A stretch of 64,000 nucleotides of DNA from Lingula anatina (GCA_051362555.1 CM120641.1:35718401-35782400), one strand, 5' to 3'; positions 46,701 through 59,800 are shown, numbered from the stretch's first letter. The notes: generated from the letters alone by a model not told the origin. Translations and numbers: made by a program.

Positions 46701-49700
46701 AGAAATCGGCGTATAGCTTTCCATTAAATGTTATGCTATACGTAGCCGTTCGGAAGCATTTCGTGACTTATGCGCTAGAGGTACGGTAGCTAAACCGACC
46801 GTCGTATGGGAAGCGTATTGTTACATACATTTACGGACACTGTATCGAATTTAGCGTATGTTAGTATTTTCTCGCCCGTTGCGTATGAGAACGTACACCG
46901 ACTTTTGCAACGATACTTAGTATGTTACACCTAGTACAGTATAATGTCAATAACGTTTTCCTCCGTATTCCAAAGGTTTTCTTAGTAATCCTTACGAAAC
47001 CCCTCAGTTTGTCTGCATACATGAGCAATATTTTTCATACGTTAGCATACGTTAGTCCCATACGCAGGAGGGTACAGGGTGCGCTAGTAGTCTGTTACAT
47101 AATTATTGTATCGCTTATACTTTAATATTGTATACTATTTAAAAAGTCACTGATATCAGATCCTTCACCCACCTTGCTGACATTGGTATATGAAGCTGGC
47201 CCCGCAGCTATGAGCGGAATATGTTATTGACACTGTCGAGGCGGAGTATGTGAAGGTAGCTGCTTGACACTGCCCATTGCTGGCTGGTTCTGCATTACCT
47301 GGCCATCGGTTAAAGCCAGAATCCATGCCAGACCAGGCACTGCCATCATTCTCTATGCCTACCCAACGCTGAGTGGCATCGGTACTGTATGCAAATGATA
47401 AAAAATAAAATCAATATTACCACAAAAAAAAAAATAAATAAATAAATAAATAAAAAGCGGATAATTTTTTTACGTTTTGTTTTTCAATATAAGTTATCAC
47501 AAAATACTATTGCTGAAATTAGCTAATTTTTTATGTAAGGAATCAAATGACAATTAGTCGGTTTGTTATGGAACGTGTCATCGTAAATCATGACCAGATA
47601 AAGACAAAAAAAAACTTACAATTCGTGGTATGAATTTACAGTAGCACTTGTCGGTGCTGGTAGGACTGAGCAAATATTTTCACAGTTTTGCTTGGCCACG
47701 GTGTATGTGACCGGGGTAGTGTCCTTACACCATTGTTCTGTTGCGTCCACTAAGGACCTGCCAAATGTGGGACAATCGGGGATTGTTATCGGACCAATAA
47801 CATCCTGGGTGCATCCAAGTAAGATAAAGGCAATCTGAAAAGATGGAATGTCGCTTTTTAGCTACACCCAGCTTGGCGCGCATAGCAAACTAATTCAATG
47901 CGCCGCCTCTTAATAGATGCATTTTTCAAATGCGTGTCTCTTTTTCTGTCAGAGAACTTGCGGTGATTATTTATAAATAATGAATTGATATTGATGTCAT
48001 AGAAGTGAGACCGTTTTGTGAAATAAGCTTAATTTGTGTTTAGTATTGATTTATTGCTGAACTGTTGCCACAACAGCTTATCATCAATGTAGGTGAACCT
48101 TTGTGTCTATTTGCACGATCGAATCAATTATTGGCTTTTGGTCTTTGTTCTATTCCGGTTGCACAGTTTAGTGAAATGTTTAGTTGCACTGTGTATCAAT
48201 AGAGTGCGTAACTTTTGGTGTTGGGAATTTAAGGCAAATAGGCCTTGTTAATAATATTATCTCTGAAGCCACTGGTTGTAAGAAAAAACATCGGATGTAA
48301 GGTGTGGGTAACCGATAAAAACACACACACAAACTGATTTACAAAGGGGAATGGTTGTGCAGCTTTTTGAATGGGTGGGAATAAACTTTGAGTTGGCTAA
48401 AAGAGAAAAAATCACCACGAAGCCTATTTAGAAATAAAGCAGTTGGGTATATACATGTACATGCATGTTCCACAATTAGTACGATGACTCATCTTGAAAA
48501 CCCATTATGAATTCCACAATTCCCATGATTTTAAAATTGTGAGGTTATGCACTTACAATTTGATTTTTGTTTCCAATCGTCTTTATATTTCTTAATACGT
48601 GGTTAAACGTTATAAGTGTCAAATAAATGTTTGTTCATCAGATCAATGATATAATACTTCGCAAAAAATATATTTCATCAAGCATCTAGACAAAAAGGAA
48701 ATGATATTATTTCTTAGTCATCAATGTTGTTGTTATTGGTTTACTAACGGGAGGAATAACAAAACCAAAACCAGACCTTTATGACACGTAACCCGAATGA
48801 ACAGTGTGCTACGTGTGGTCTACACTTGTGAGATTACTTATATACCTGTTACTTTTCTACCACATCCTTAAATTAAAAGGTAGGTCATCTGAAATCGATT
48901 GATATCAGGGTTTCGTGGGAACTAAGTATGAATAATAAGGCTTAAGTGGACAAGGTAAATGATTATAGCCGTGCTCATCCCGCCATGTAGCCTACAATGA
49001 AGACGAAGCTATTTAAACAGTTTACAATACCCGGAAACATGCAGCCAAAACTTTGAAGAACGCCCGGCTGGTACATAGGCTTGCATCATTTTTAGAATTG
49101 TTTGGATGAAAATGCTCTAAATCAAATATATCACAACCATTTTCATTGTGAAAGAATCTCAACTTACCAGAAAACATTTAGGATAATACTATTAAATATT
49201 AGGATAATACTATTACAGATGGATTAATTTACTTGCTTTTTTCACCTTTTTCCCTATGTTATTTCAACGCAGCACGCTCATTATGGGATTATGGGAGCAA
49301 ACAGACAAAGGTAGCTGTGTGTCAAATAAGCTCGCAAATGCACGGGCAAGCCTTAAAGGATTTGCTTCATACCGTCAGAATGGCCTCAACAGAACATATT
49401 CTTCAGAAAACATGCCCAACTAACGATATCTTTATCCAAATACACAAATTAAAAGCTCATTTTGTAAATTTTTGGCTTTAAAAAACGTCCTATTTGCTCG
49501 GCCTGGGAGTTAATGAGCTACGTGGTCACGTGGTCCGATGACGACAATCGAGCCACTGGAGAACAGAGCGTGCTTAGCTGTCAAACTGAGCTGCATTGTC
49601 TACCTGTACCTACCTGTCTACCTCTCTGGCTTCTGATAAAAGTTAATACTCATTCAAATCTCTTACCCGAGGGATCTAAATCCTCATGAAGCTGTGTAAA

Positions 49701-49921
49701 ACCATTCCCGTCTAGTCAATTCTTTAACAAGCATTTAATTATGGTTATCCCAAGTTGTATAAAACACTGCATTTGAATCAGTAAAGGGTACTGTGGATTA
49801 TTGCATATGAGGGCCATGTTATTTGTGAAATTCAATTAATTTTATTAAACCGCTGACACTCCGTCTTGGATACTTTTCTTAAACTGAGGTAAACGATGCC
49901 CGTTACCTTTACAAGTCCCAT
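40737..49921 (-). CDS. Gene D: signal peptide-CTLD-11xCCP-TM-short tail, ~921 aa type I membrane protein (first exon tentative)
   Basis: Exons (minus): candidate 49921-49907 (MGLVK, low confidence); 47834-47620 and 47384-47173 (CTLD); CCP1-11 at 46528-46328, 45968-45765, 45596-45414, 44880-44698, 44257-44075, 43841-43650, 43452-43261, 43086-42901, 42534-42349, 42109-41921 and 41604-41401; TM exon 40957-40737 (…GAAVTGSVGVIFVVSVVVSVIASDIGTFKRH…KSDA*). Every CCP exon is a multiple of 3 and phase 1, with a C..C..C..W..C pattern (CCP1 has Tyr in place of Trp). Many N-x-S/T sequons. Confidence 0.85.
42735..42961 (-). repeat. Same 67-bp exon/donor minisatellite (3 units + partial), gene D
   Basis: Units are registered at 42761, 42828 and 42895 (67-nt period) and are homologous to 20500-20767. 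Confidence 0.88.
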
Positions 49922-51947
49922 CTTAATCATCCATCTAACTGGAACTTCCTTTACCTCTTAATTAGAGGGTTAAATGGCTGGCGATATTTATCTCAGGTAA
50001 AAATCTACCTGTGCTTAAGTTTCAAAGAGCAGCTCCCGCAGACCTGGGGGTACTAGATAAAATCTGAACACCGGGTTTATTGAGGAGCTAGAGAAACAAA
50101 GGAAGAATTTTTCCTACACAGCTTCATAGGAATTTTAGCACGGACTTGATCCAGCTTAGACCTTCTAATTAACAGGGTGACATGGGCAATTTTCAAATAC
50201 AAAATAAACAAATAATAAAACTATATTTCAGTTAGCCTCCTCTTAAATAAATATACCGTTCTGGATATATTAGAACATTTATTAAATCGACAGAAAATTT
50301 TTGACTTAAATGATTATTCTATTATTAATGGAAATTAAGCTACTATATAGGGCACATTTGCTGAGATTACGCTGTTCTTGATGTTTTGCGTTAGTCTACA
50401 TTTTGCTGTGCGTGCTTGGAATTTTTTAATTTTTTATACTCACGTATGTAAAACTGCACATTTAGTAAACATTCAAGTAATGATTTTTCCCATGCTACTT
50501 ATAGCAAACAATGCTCTTTTACCTTGATCTGCTACATGTTTTTGGGTTTGACAAAGCATACAAATTTGCAAAAAGTTTTGTGTACAGACGCAGAACTTGT
50601 ATTTCAAGGTATAAAATGATAAGTCTTTTAAATTATTTTATACTTCAGATGAAATAACATTCAGAAACAAATCCTCAAAGCATAAACGAATTAGGATTAC
50701 GAACCATTTTAGTACATAAGTTCCTATTTTTTTTTTCTTTAATATACCGCTCTTTTTTCTGTTTGTTCTTCAACACGTTTTCTTCCACGGAAGTAATGCC
50801 TGGGCATACGCATGCTTCAAGTTACCCTGAGAGCAATTACTTTTATTAATGTTCGCGACGGTGTTTGAACTCAATTGTTTAAATATTGATATTAAACGTC
50901 ATTTACAAATACCAATAAAATCACCCCATGAAATAAATGAGATATTTTGAAAAATATGAAAGCCCACCAAGACGATTTTGATACCTGTTATTACCTGGTT
51001 TGGGAAGTGCAGCGATGCATAATTAACAGGTTTGTTGTAAACGAGCTTTTGGTCAACTACAATGCATTTTTAATGCATCAGAAATCAGTGAGTTTGCCAA
51101 CTGATGACAGTTAAGCTGAAAGACTACCAGCTCTTGATATGATCTAAACCACCTGAGGTGACCATGATCTAGAGCATCGCAACTATTGTCACCGAAGTTA
51201 GTAAGTCACGGAAGACCGTCACAGACAAAGGAAGATTGTCAACGAGAGCTGCAATTTTGGTGAATCCCACGGCAACACACCAAGGCATAACGAAAATTCC
51301 TCAACTCCGTTCAACATAACTTTCCTTAACTTCTCCTTCTGTATGCACCATGCAGCTCAGTTGAGTCTCATAGACCTTTATCGTGATTGTCGTCACAGTA
51401 CCACGTGACCCAGATCTGTTGCTTCGTTTATGCATATTGAGGTGAGGTTTACTAAAACGCTTTTTGTCTACTAATAGATTGTTTTTATAATTTTTAAATG
51501 ACGGGGATCGATTAAAACATAACTGTAGCGTATAGATTAAGTGCTGGATCTTCAGAATTCGAGAAATGGATTTTTATATGAATATTGTCCTTTAAGACGC
51601 TTAACTTCGACTCGTACAAATGTCGCTTGAATGAACCAGCATTATTTTTAAGTAGATGCCCCACATAGCAATTTTTTATCACTTGACCTAGACATCTTGA
51701 TATTCAGAATAATTTGTGAAGTTGAAAGCGTTTTTTCAAGGAAAAGGTATGTAAAAAATAAATCTGTTTCAAAACGCGGAGTGACGGCAAAATTATGGGT
51801 TATCTAATGCACTTAATCCTCATAGCTGGAAGAAAAAAAAAAAAGAAAAATGCAAATTATGTCTGGCGGTTCAATTTATTTATTAATGTGTTTGAACTAG
51901 AATTAAAAACAACATCTAAAGTCTCTCCAAGATCTAAACGCACGACA

Positions 51948-52827
51948 TAGACCCCATTTCCATAGATTTTATTTCGATCTATCCCTGTGGGGAGGCTCAC
52001 TAGATTACTGTCAGCTTAGCGGGCTTAAGCGTCTGTCCCGCTTACTGAAAGCTGTAAGGGGGTAATTAACCATGGTGCGCGCTCGGCTGACTGCAATTTA
52101 GCGTGAACCCCCAGGGAGTTAGGTCGATCTAAATCTTAATCTCTGGATCGATCTAAATCTCTGGGAATACACCCATAGGCTCATTATACCAAATCATATG
52201 TAAAAGGTTTTGATGGAAATTCATCTGTGTAGTCTTTTGATTATTTTAGACGTTTAAACATTTCAATTTCTACACTTATTTAAGCTGCACCTAAACAAAG
52301 CTTACACCCCATTTCCATAGATTAGATCGACTTACTTTAGATCGACCTAACTCCCTGGGGGTTCACGCTAAATAGCTGTCAGCCGGGCGGACACGAAAGT
52401 TGATTATCCCCTTACAGCTTGTAGTAGGCGGGACGGACATTTAATCGGATTATCTGAAAGTAATCTAGTGAGACCCCCCGCGGGGATAGATCGATCTAAA
52501 ATCTATGGGAATAGAGCCTTAGATGGAGGTTAAGGAGGGGTTAAGGAGGCAATCTACGGGTGCATTCCCAGAGATTAGATCGATCCAGAGATTAAGATTT
52601 AGATCGACCTAACTCCCTGGGGGTTCACGCTAATTTGCAGTCAGCCGAGAGCGCACCATAGTTAATTACCCCCTTAAAGCTTTTAGTAGGCGGGACCAAG
52701 AAGTTATAAAGAGATCTCGTTATAACTTCTTGGCGGGACAGACGCTTAAGCCGGCTAAGCTGACAGTAATCTAGTGAGACTCCCCACAGGGATAGATCGA
52801 TCTAAAATCTATGGGCATGGGGTCTAC
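51948..52827. mobile_element. Cluster of three copies of a GATCGATCTAA-type MITE
   Basis: 51948-52187 and 52555-52827 are inverted copies, with a third at 52304-52520. Decayed relatives lie at ~8755-8845, 12736-12940 and 58690-58815. Confidence 0.8.
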
Positions 52828-53189
52828 ATCTGTGCCCACAACCCAAGCCTGATCAGAGACGTGGGGAAACACCATATGGGACAGCACTATCATTGAGACC
52901 CTAGTGAAAAGTGCTCAGTCTCAGAGGAAAACTCTGAGAAAGATCACTTGCAGTAGTGATCGAAAGCCTCGTTTGGGTAGAGCTCAAATAAGTTTAGAAA
53001 TTGAGAAGTTTAAACGTCTAAAATAATATGTAAACTTTGTGGGCCCTATACGCAGCCACATTCTAGCTGTTTTACCTTAAAAGGGTTTCCTCCCTCCTTT
53101 TCTCGGTGATATATTTCTGCCTCAATGCCCTCTCTCAACAAGTAATTATTGAAAAATATTTTTAAAAATAATAAAAGTGATAAAGCCGA

Positions 53190-53193
<4 letters not shown>

Positions 53194-53238
<45 letters not shown>
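53194..53238. repeat. (GA)n microsatellite
   Basis: GA run with one interruption. Confidence 0.95.
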
Positions 53239-53239
<1 letters not shown>

Positions 53240-54124
53240 ACAATTATCGATGCGAAGGCCCATTACATTGAGATATAGTTATTAATAGGAAAAGAGTTAT
53301 TAAAATCTAAGTGATCCCCTATAAATAATGTTGGTTTATATTTACCATCTAAACTCTTATCATACGTCCTTACCTTAAGCCACAGCATTATGCATTTGAC
53401 GTCCATTAAAATAAAAACTTTTAGAATATCGAAGAAGCTCCGAGAGAAGTGGGTGCTATGTCAGAGCAACTGCAATGACTACAGCCGATCGTTAAAATAT
53501 TGGCTTTGTACAGGTATGATTTGAAAAACGGAAATCAATACCGTTCGATTCAATTGTTTCCTTTACTTAAGGCATGCGTGCTCATAACAATAAAAATAAC
53601 ACAGTTAAAGTGTGCTATGCGCAAGTACATACACGTGCCGAAGATACAATATTGATTGAAATATTATTGATTCTTTTACTTACAATATGCTCTTCCTTCT
53701 TTCAATTTCAGGAATGATCAAGCATATTTCCTCACTCTAGGATACAAAGAAGAAAATTTCGAGGGTGAAGTTCCATAACATTTGGTGGCGGAAAGATAGA
53801 GCTGCCCCTCAAACAGTAGGGATGGAAAGCACGAGAGACGTCTCGATAAAGGCGATGTAAAGGCGATGTAGTCTGGTGCGAAAAAGGGGTTCAGGTGCGA
53901 CCCATAAAAATCTTGATGTCTATTTTTTATATTTCTAGGTGTTCACCGAGCGAAAATGTCTCGTGGGGGTTCATATTAATGTTGTACAGGTGTAACACCT
54001 TGTGGCTTAAATGGGCACATTTAAAATAGTGGGAGGAAATCATATTATTTGTATTCAAATATAACAATTCTTCAAACACCTTTGTGTAGATGAACGTTTG
54101 GGAGTGGAATATTTTACCCATCAG

Positions 54125-54385
54125 TCTTAGACAAATTGTGAACCCTGGACATTTTAAAAAGGAACTAAAAACCCACCTTTTTAAACAATATTATCTTTAA
54201 ATTCTTGAAAAAACACTTCTTAAGAAAAACTGTTCTTAGTCATAGTTTTAAATTTCCCCTTTTTTTTTATCCATTTGCACCTTTTTTTCATTTTATAACC
54301 ATTAGCAATATTTTTCTTTTAATTTGAATTTTATAATTTTTGTAAAGTCTACTGAACACATGTTGGATTTTAGACTATAAATAAA

Positions 54386-54432
<47 letters not shown>
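54125..54432 (+). mobile_element. CR1/L2-group LINE 3' end with (TTA)n tail
   Basis: …LDIFKKELKTHLFKQYYL* (typical ORF2 terminus), then a T-rich 3'UTR, AATAAA and an (ATT)n microsatellite tail at 54386-54432. Confidence 0.7.
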
Positions 54433-54434
<2 letters not shown>

Positions 54435-55746
54435 GTTTACTCTACCCTAAGTAATAAGTAATAAAAGTTACGTAAAATTGAATCGTGTATTAGTAAAATG
54501 AGGTCAAATGTTAAATGAAGTAAAATTTAAGGCATTTTCAGTAAAATAAACTGATAAAGTTTATCTTATTAGATAATTTGAGCGAAGAATGTTTCTCTCG
54601 GGTGTGTTTGGTAAATTCAATCTCTAGTACAAGGGTTTAATGGGGTAATAAGAGTTCATTTGACAATGGGTGAGATTTATATCCGATAATAATAGTGCAG
54701 AACGGGTTCAGCTCAATTTCCAATTTCGGGGGACATGGGCGAGCTGAGGGAAAGGGCGTCATTCAAAGAATTGAATCTCAGTAAGATATATAACTAAGAT
54801 TTATTTATCAATGTGTAGCTGAACACTCTCAAAAATACTGTGAATGACTGGAGATCCTGCCCCGAATCACACTATTCACCAAAAAGTTCACCCAAGATAA
54901 GCTGGGTAATTCAACATGGGGGTGGACAGGTCAATAGTCACATCGCTCGACGCAGTTAACGAAGTTTTTTATAACTATACCATTATGCCTTGAACATTTT
55001 AGTGTATACCTAAACAATCGTGACAAAAGTATAGATAGATGTACGTTTTCCCGTAGTCAACACTTCGATTTAATCCTATAAATTATGATTGCTACAAATG
55101 GGATGTTTGCTTTGCCACTATTTATCTATATCTATTTCTCTGTGTATATGCAGGTAGTGTCGCTTTAGCAATTTCACTTAAAAACCTTTTTTTAAATTCA
55201 ACCACATTAATACACGCATCCCGTACCGGTACAGTATCACGTATCACAGGAGATAGAAATAAAGGTAATAGAATCTACTGTTTCGCTGTTATCAGATACT
55301 CAAACTTACTGACAATTACCAAGATGGTACACAGGCAAGCGGTGGAGATCTACCAACTGCCTTGGGTGACACGACTGTTGCTTGGTAAACCGACGGCCCT
55401 TAAATTTTACAGATATGTCTAGTAGTTCACTGCAAACATGTCCTGTTTTTATGAGAAAAACATGTACAATTATGGTATTCTGTCAACCTGTAGAAGTGCA
55501 AAGCACCTGTTATGAATTACCCGTTCCTACCCCTGGGTTCACAGAATTGGTTTTGTAGGCCCCCGTAGTTCGCCCTATGCCAAAGGTTCACATGTTAGAA
55601 ACCTTTTGCCATCAGTGACCACCATCGTATTACATACCCATCAGAATAGTTTGCGATGGTGTCAATGATTGCCATGACGGTATTGATAAAAATCGATTGC
55701 AGCAACTATTCCTCTTTAGGCCTGTATGAATGCAGAGGGCAAGTTC

Positions 55747-56003
55747 AGGCCTACCCAACTACCAGACTCGGCACCGAATTATCTCGAATTCACCGGTAAA
55801 TCGGGCCACACTACCCGTTTTCAAGGTGTGCGTCAGTACGCATTTCACAGTATCATACCCCGGAACTAATTTTGAGATGAGATGCACTACTTTCCAACCC
55901 CGCTGAGAATTCGTGTCTGACGCCTTGAAAAAAGGGTAGTGTGGTCCAATCTACCGGTGAATTCAGGATCATTCGGTGCCAAGTCTGGTAGTTGGGTAGG
56001 CCT
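55747..56003. mobile_element. MITE inserted in the LDLa-LRR pseudogene
   Basis: ~85-bp imperfect TIRs AGGCCTACCCAACTACCAGAC…GTCTGGTAGTTGGGTAGGCCT. Confidence 0.8.
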
Positions 56004-56616
56004 GAAGTTAATTGCTTTCCGCAAAGCGAGTTCCATGACGGCACTGCCCATTGTAAACTGTGAAGGATGATGAAACATACGACGTTTTTCACTGTCCTTC
56101 TTATCGCAGTTGTAAAAGATTTTCTGTTATTTGTCCTGGAAATCTCCCAAATTAAAATGATGCATTAACCCAGATCCCTTTAATTAAAAGTGACAAGGTG
56201 CAAAATATCATCCTGAAAGATAATCTTCTTTCAAAGTGCACTCTGAATAACTACAGACTACTGTTATTTCCTGACTTATCCAACAATCCTAGCTGTTTCG
56301 AGACACTGTTAACCTACGAAGCATCGAACTGTCAAAAAATGACATAAGCATCATCCACTCCAGGGTTTTTTTTCTAATTAGCGCTCTCTTCAAATGCTGA
56401 AATTACAATCCCCTTACTGTTCTTTCACAACATTCTTTCTGCAATCTACCTACTTTGAGAACCGTACAGTTGTCATATGGCCAACTTCAATCCTTTGACA
56501 ACTATTCATTTTATAACGTTTCGATTGTATTATTAAACGTGTCGAGGAACTTAGTCCAGCCCTTTAACGCCAGTTCGTTTTGTAGTTGGCATTATGTCCG
56601 AACAGTTGAAATTCTA

Positions 56617-56880
56617 TTTTACCATTAAAACAGCGGTTAACGCATTTATTTTGGAGTTTGTGCTTGTCATCACATCACGTGACCTCCGTAGATGGCTATA
56701 CTCTGTTATAATCTCTTAAGAGAATATTACAAAAAAACAAAATTTTTATTAAAAAAAAAAACAGGGACTAACTTTGAATGTGGGGGTGGATTCATTTACC
56801 ATTGGGAAGTATGGGAAAATTGTCCTTTACCCCAGGAAAATTCATTTTTTGACCAAAATGAACAGTTGTTATTCCTTTAA
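56617..56880. repeat. Dispersed repeat ending in CCTTTAA (Kolobok-like MITE end)
   Basis: Homologous to 13080-13333 and partly to 21005-21170. An inverted piece lies at 11870-11960. Confidence 0.6.
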
Positions 56881-59800
56881 GCTACGGCTATGTTGCGACC
56901 GACATACACCACCTATATGGCACGCGTACATTTACGACATGGTGCAACTGGCATTTCTCTGGCTTATCGTTTTGCACTGGGGGAGATGGGGCAAGAGATC
57001 GTTTTGTTACTGCCTGTTGGTTCATCACCCTCAACAAGATCATCGATTCAATACTTTGTAGTAAATAATACGCAGTGCTGTTTAAGTGCAGTTTTGCCAC
57101 TTGCTTTCTGCATCACAGATTAATTTTTTATAGATCCTTTGTGAAGCACCGCAGGTGCCTGTCGGATTCTTTCCGGGGTATTGATTTCATCGTGAAATTA
57201 TCCGAACAAAAACAAGTATTCAGTGTCATTACAGTTGTCGAAATATTATCGGGGTAGGCATATCAAATTCCTAATAAAATGAACCGAGATAAAAAAAAAA
57301 AAAAACAAGTGTTCAGTTTCTTTGCATTCGGTGTCATGTTTGGCTTTCACAATGATCGATCAATGATCAGTGAATGGAATTTGACTATGGGCAGGTGATT
57401 CGAATTCGATACTTATTAAAAAAAGTACGTGACGCGCTTGGTCCATGTTTGAAGTTACTGAAGTGGATATTCCTGCCGTTACAGTACATATACAGTATTT
57501 CTTTGTCCTAAACTTGTCCATAATACATAACACAGGCGCTGAGCTTACTTATGCACCGATTTGGTGAACCTTTCGATGTACAGTAAAATCGGCTGAATAC
57601 GGGCAAAAGTAAGCTCAGCACTATGGGAACGTTTGAGACAAAAACAGCCAGGATATGTAGTTACTCGCTTCACACAATATTTCAAGTGTAACGTGTGTGA
57701 AAGAGACAAAGTGACAGGGTTATCAATGGACCCAATGGGGCCATTCAGAATAAAATGTCCAAGTATCAGTTGTTCCAAGGATGAAATATGGCCACCCCTA
57801 CGTGAAAGGAAGACCGCGTAATCCTGTAATGGTCTCTCCGCCTCTTACACGCTTCCCCACGCGTAGTCCCTGCGGGGGCACAGTGCTTAAATCTCGGCTC
57901 AATTCAACCGGTCGAGGGACGACACGTGGGGAGGCGTGTGAGAGGTTACACTATGCACAGAGCACGCGTAACCTGGTAACACCGACAACCTAACCGGCAC
58001 TTTTTAACTATTTTCCTTTGTTCATGGTGTCACTCGTCATCCAAAAATGAATGAAATCTTAAAACGCCCAAGGAAGTGAGTTCTAAACAAATTTTTTCAT
58101 TGGACATAAAATGATGTTTACGTTTTCAAAAATCTGATATATAGAAGAACGGTCTCCAAAACAGGCACTGCTGATGGTAATAGTAGTAGTACATGTAGTA
58201 GGCAGCCGTCGGACCCTGTCCATGAGTAACCGCACTTACGAACACTTTTTTGGGTGGTTGTTGATCAAATCAATTCAAGAGAGGCAGTTCTCACAGGTAG
58301 ATGTTGCCGATGGGACTGTTCGAGTTTCCGCCTCCCTCTTCATTCGGCATTTGTGTGTCAGCAATTGATCCTGTTACGCCTGCCCACATGGGAATTTCAC
58401 GCGATAGCATGTAGGCAGGTGTTTTACTGCACGTGTTGAGTATCCAATGTCTTGTAATTCAGCAAGCGTATCATGGGTTTTTGTCTACGTTGCAACAACC
58501 TGAACCTACCGCTAACACCCAGAGTTCAGTATTTATTGATGGGACGCCCCAAGCTCTTCCCCTTTTCCAGGCCGGAGCATGTGTGTCTATTTGGGCGCGG
58601 GCAAGGTGAGTGCGAAAAATGTTTATTTTGATTTAAGATTTATAGTTACAATCAGTTTCGAACTTGGGCTAGGGAAGTGGATGGGAGATGTATGGGACCA
58701 TTCCCATAGATATTTGGATGGATCTATCTCCCTGGGGAGTCTCACTAAATTGCTTTCAACTTAACCGGCTTAAATATCTGCCACGCCTTTAAAAACCGCT
58801 AGGGGGTAATTATCTTTTTTTTTTCCCTGTGTGGATTGAAAACAATAAAAAGCCTTCGAAAATATAAAATTCGGCGTTTATAATTTTTGTTGCAATGTAT
58901 AAGCATAGGCAACTCAAAGCTTTAATCGTTAATTTAACACCTTTCAGTTTTGAGGTGAGGGCGTGACATCATCCATGGACAAAATTTTATCACGAAAGTT
59001 GGCAGAGTTGACCACGAGTGTATGGGCTACAATCCCGTGCCGTCATTCCATCATTTTTTTAGGTTTTTGTTATGGAGTCATGAGCCCCTAATTACAAATT
59101 TTCATTAAAAAAGTTTTTTTTTTTTTTTGCTTTATCAACGATAAAATCTGAACTAAGACTTTTAAGTAAAATCGCTGTCAGGGTGATGGAGTACTAAATG
59201 GTCTCATTAAATCGGCGTTGAAACGGTGGTCGTGGGTGCTCAGGTCAAAGAGAAATTTGAGAAACGGAGTTTTCAGTTTTACCCCAAAATCTCAATTATG
59301 ACGTCACCCGTAAGATGTAAATGTTTATTGATTAAATCACTGAACACTGAAGATTTATATATTACCCAAAAGAATGTATGTAAGGCAATAAATCAGGAGT
59401 TTGGGCGAAGGGTGGCAATATCCTTAACCTCTTCATACCGTGAGGGACATAAGGTCGCAATCATACATCGCCACTGAGCTTTATCTCTTGCTTTTATTTG
59501 AGCTGCGTCCCGCCAGAGGCCCATTTCACACAGTTTAACTCATCACTATTAAAGGTATACAAAGGGTTATATTTATTTGCAACTGACACCTGGAAAACCC
59601 AAAATGATGCTGTCTGCATGTTCAAAATCTTCCACACTGTGAATTTGACACTCATCGCAACCTAAAAAAATTCGACCGACACTTATCTTGGCTGCTTTTC
59701 TCGTTTAACAGCATGTATGAATTTAATTAAAGAAAGAATCCGTTATCAAATATTCTGACTCTTTACACCAGATTTTGTCTAGCCTCCTTATTTAAATACG

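Larger units (their letters stand above)
55600..57200 (+). pseudogene. Decayed LDLa-LRR(-7TM?) receptor gene, GRL101/LGR type C-like
   Basis: YIPIRIVCDGVNDCHDGID (LDLa) at ~55630-55687. LRRs VQNIILKDNLL, LLFPDLSNN, NLRSIELSKNDISIIHSRVF and NPLTVLSQHSFCNLPTLRTVQLSYGQLQSFDNYSF…LLNVSRNLV at 56130-56615. RLCC hinge and FLWLIVL after 56884. Stops, frameshifts and two inserted repeats disrupt it. Confidence 0.65.

Noticed and set aside
49160-49250. Alternative first-exon candidates for D (ATGTTTTCTG|gtaagt near 49177; AAAAAG|gtgaa near 49246)
   Set aside because: The first is in the wrong phase for the phase-0 exon 2, and the second has no in-frame ATG.
16034-49921. Calling C/D true selectins (SELP/SELE) or assigning a gene symbol such as furrowed or SVEP1
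   Set aside because: There is no EGF domain between the CTLD and the CCPs, no VWA or pentraxin domain, the domain order differs, and the Ca/sugar motifs are non-canonical. Orthology cannot be shown from sequence alone.
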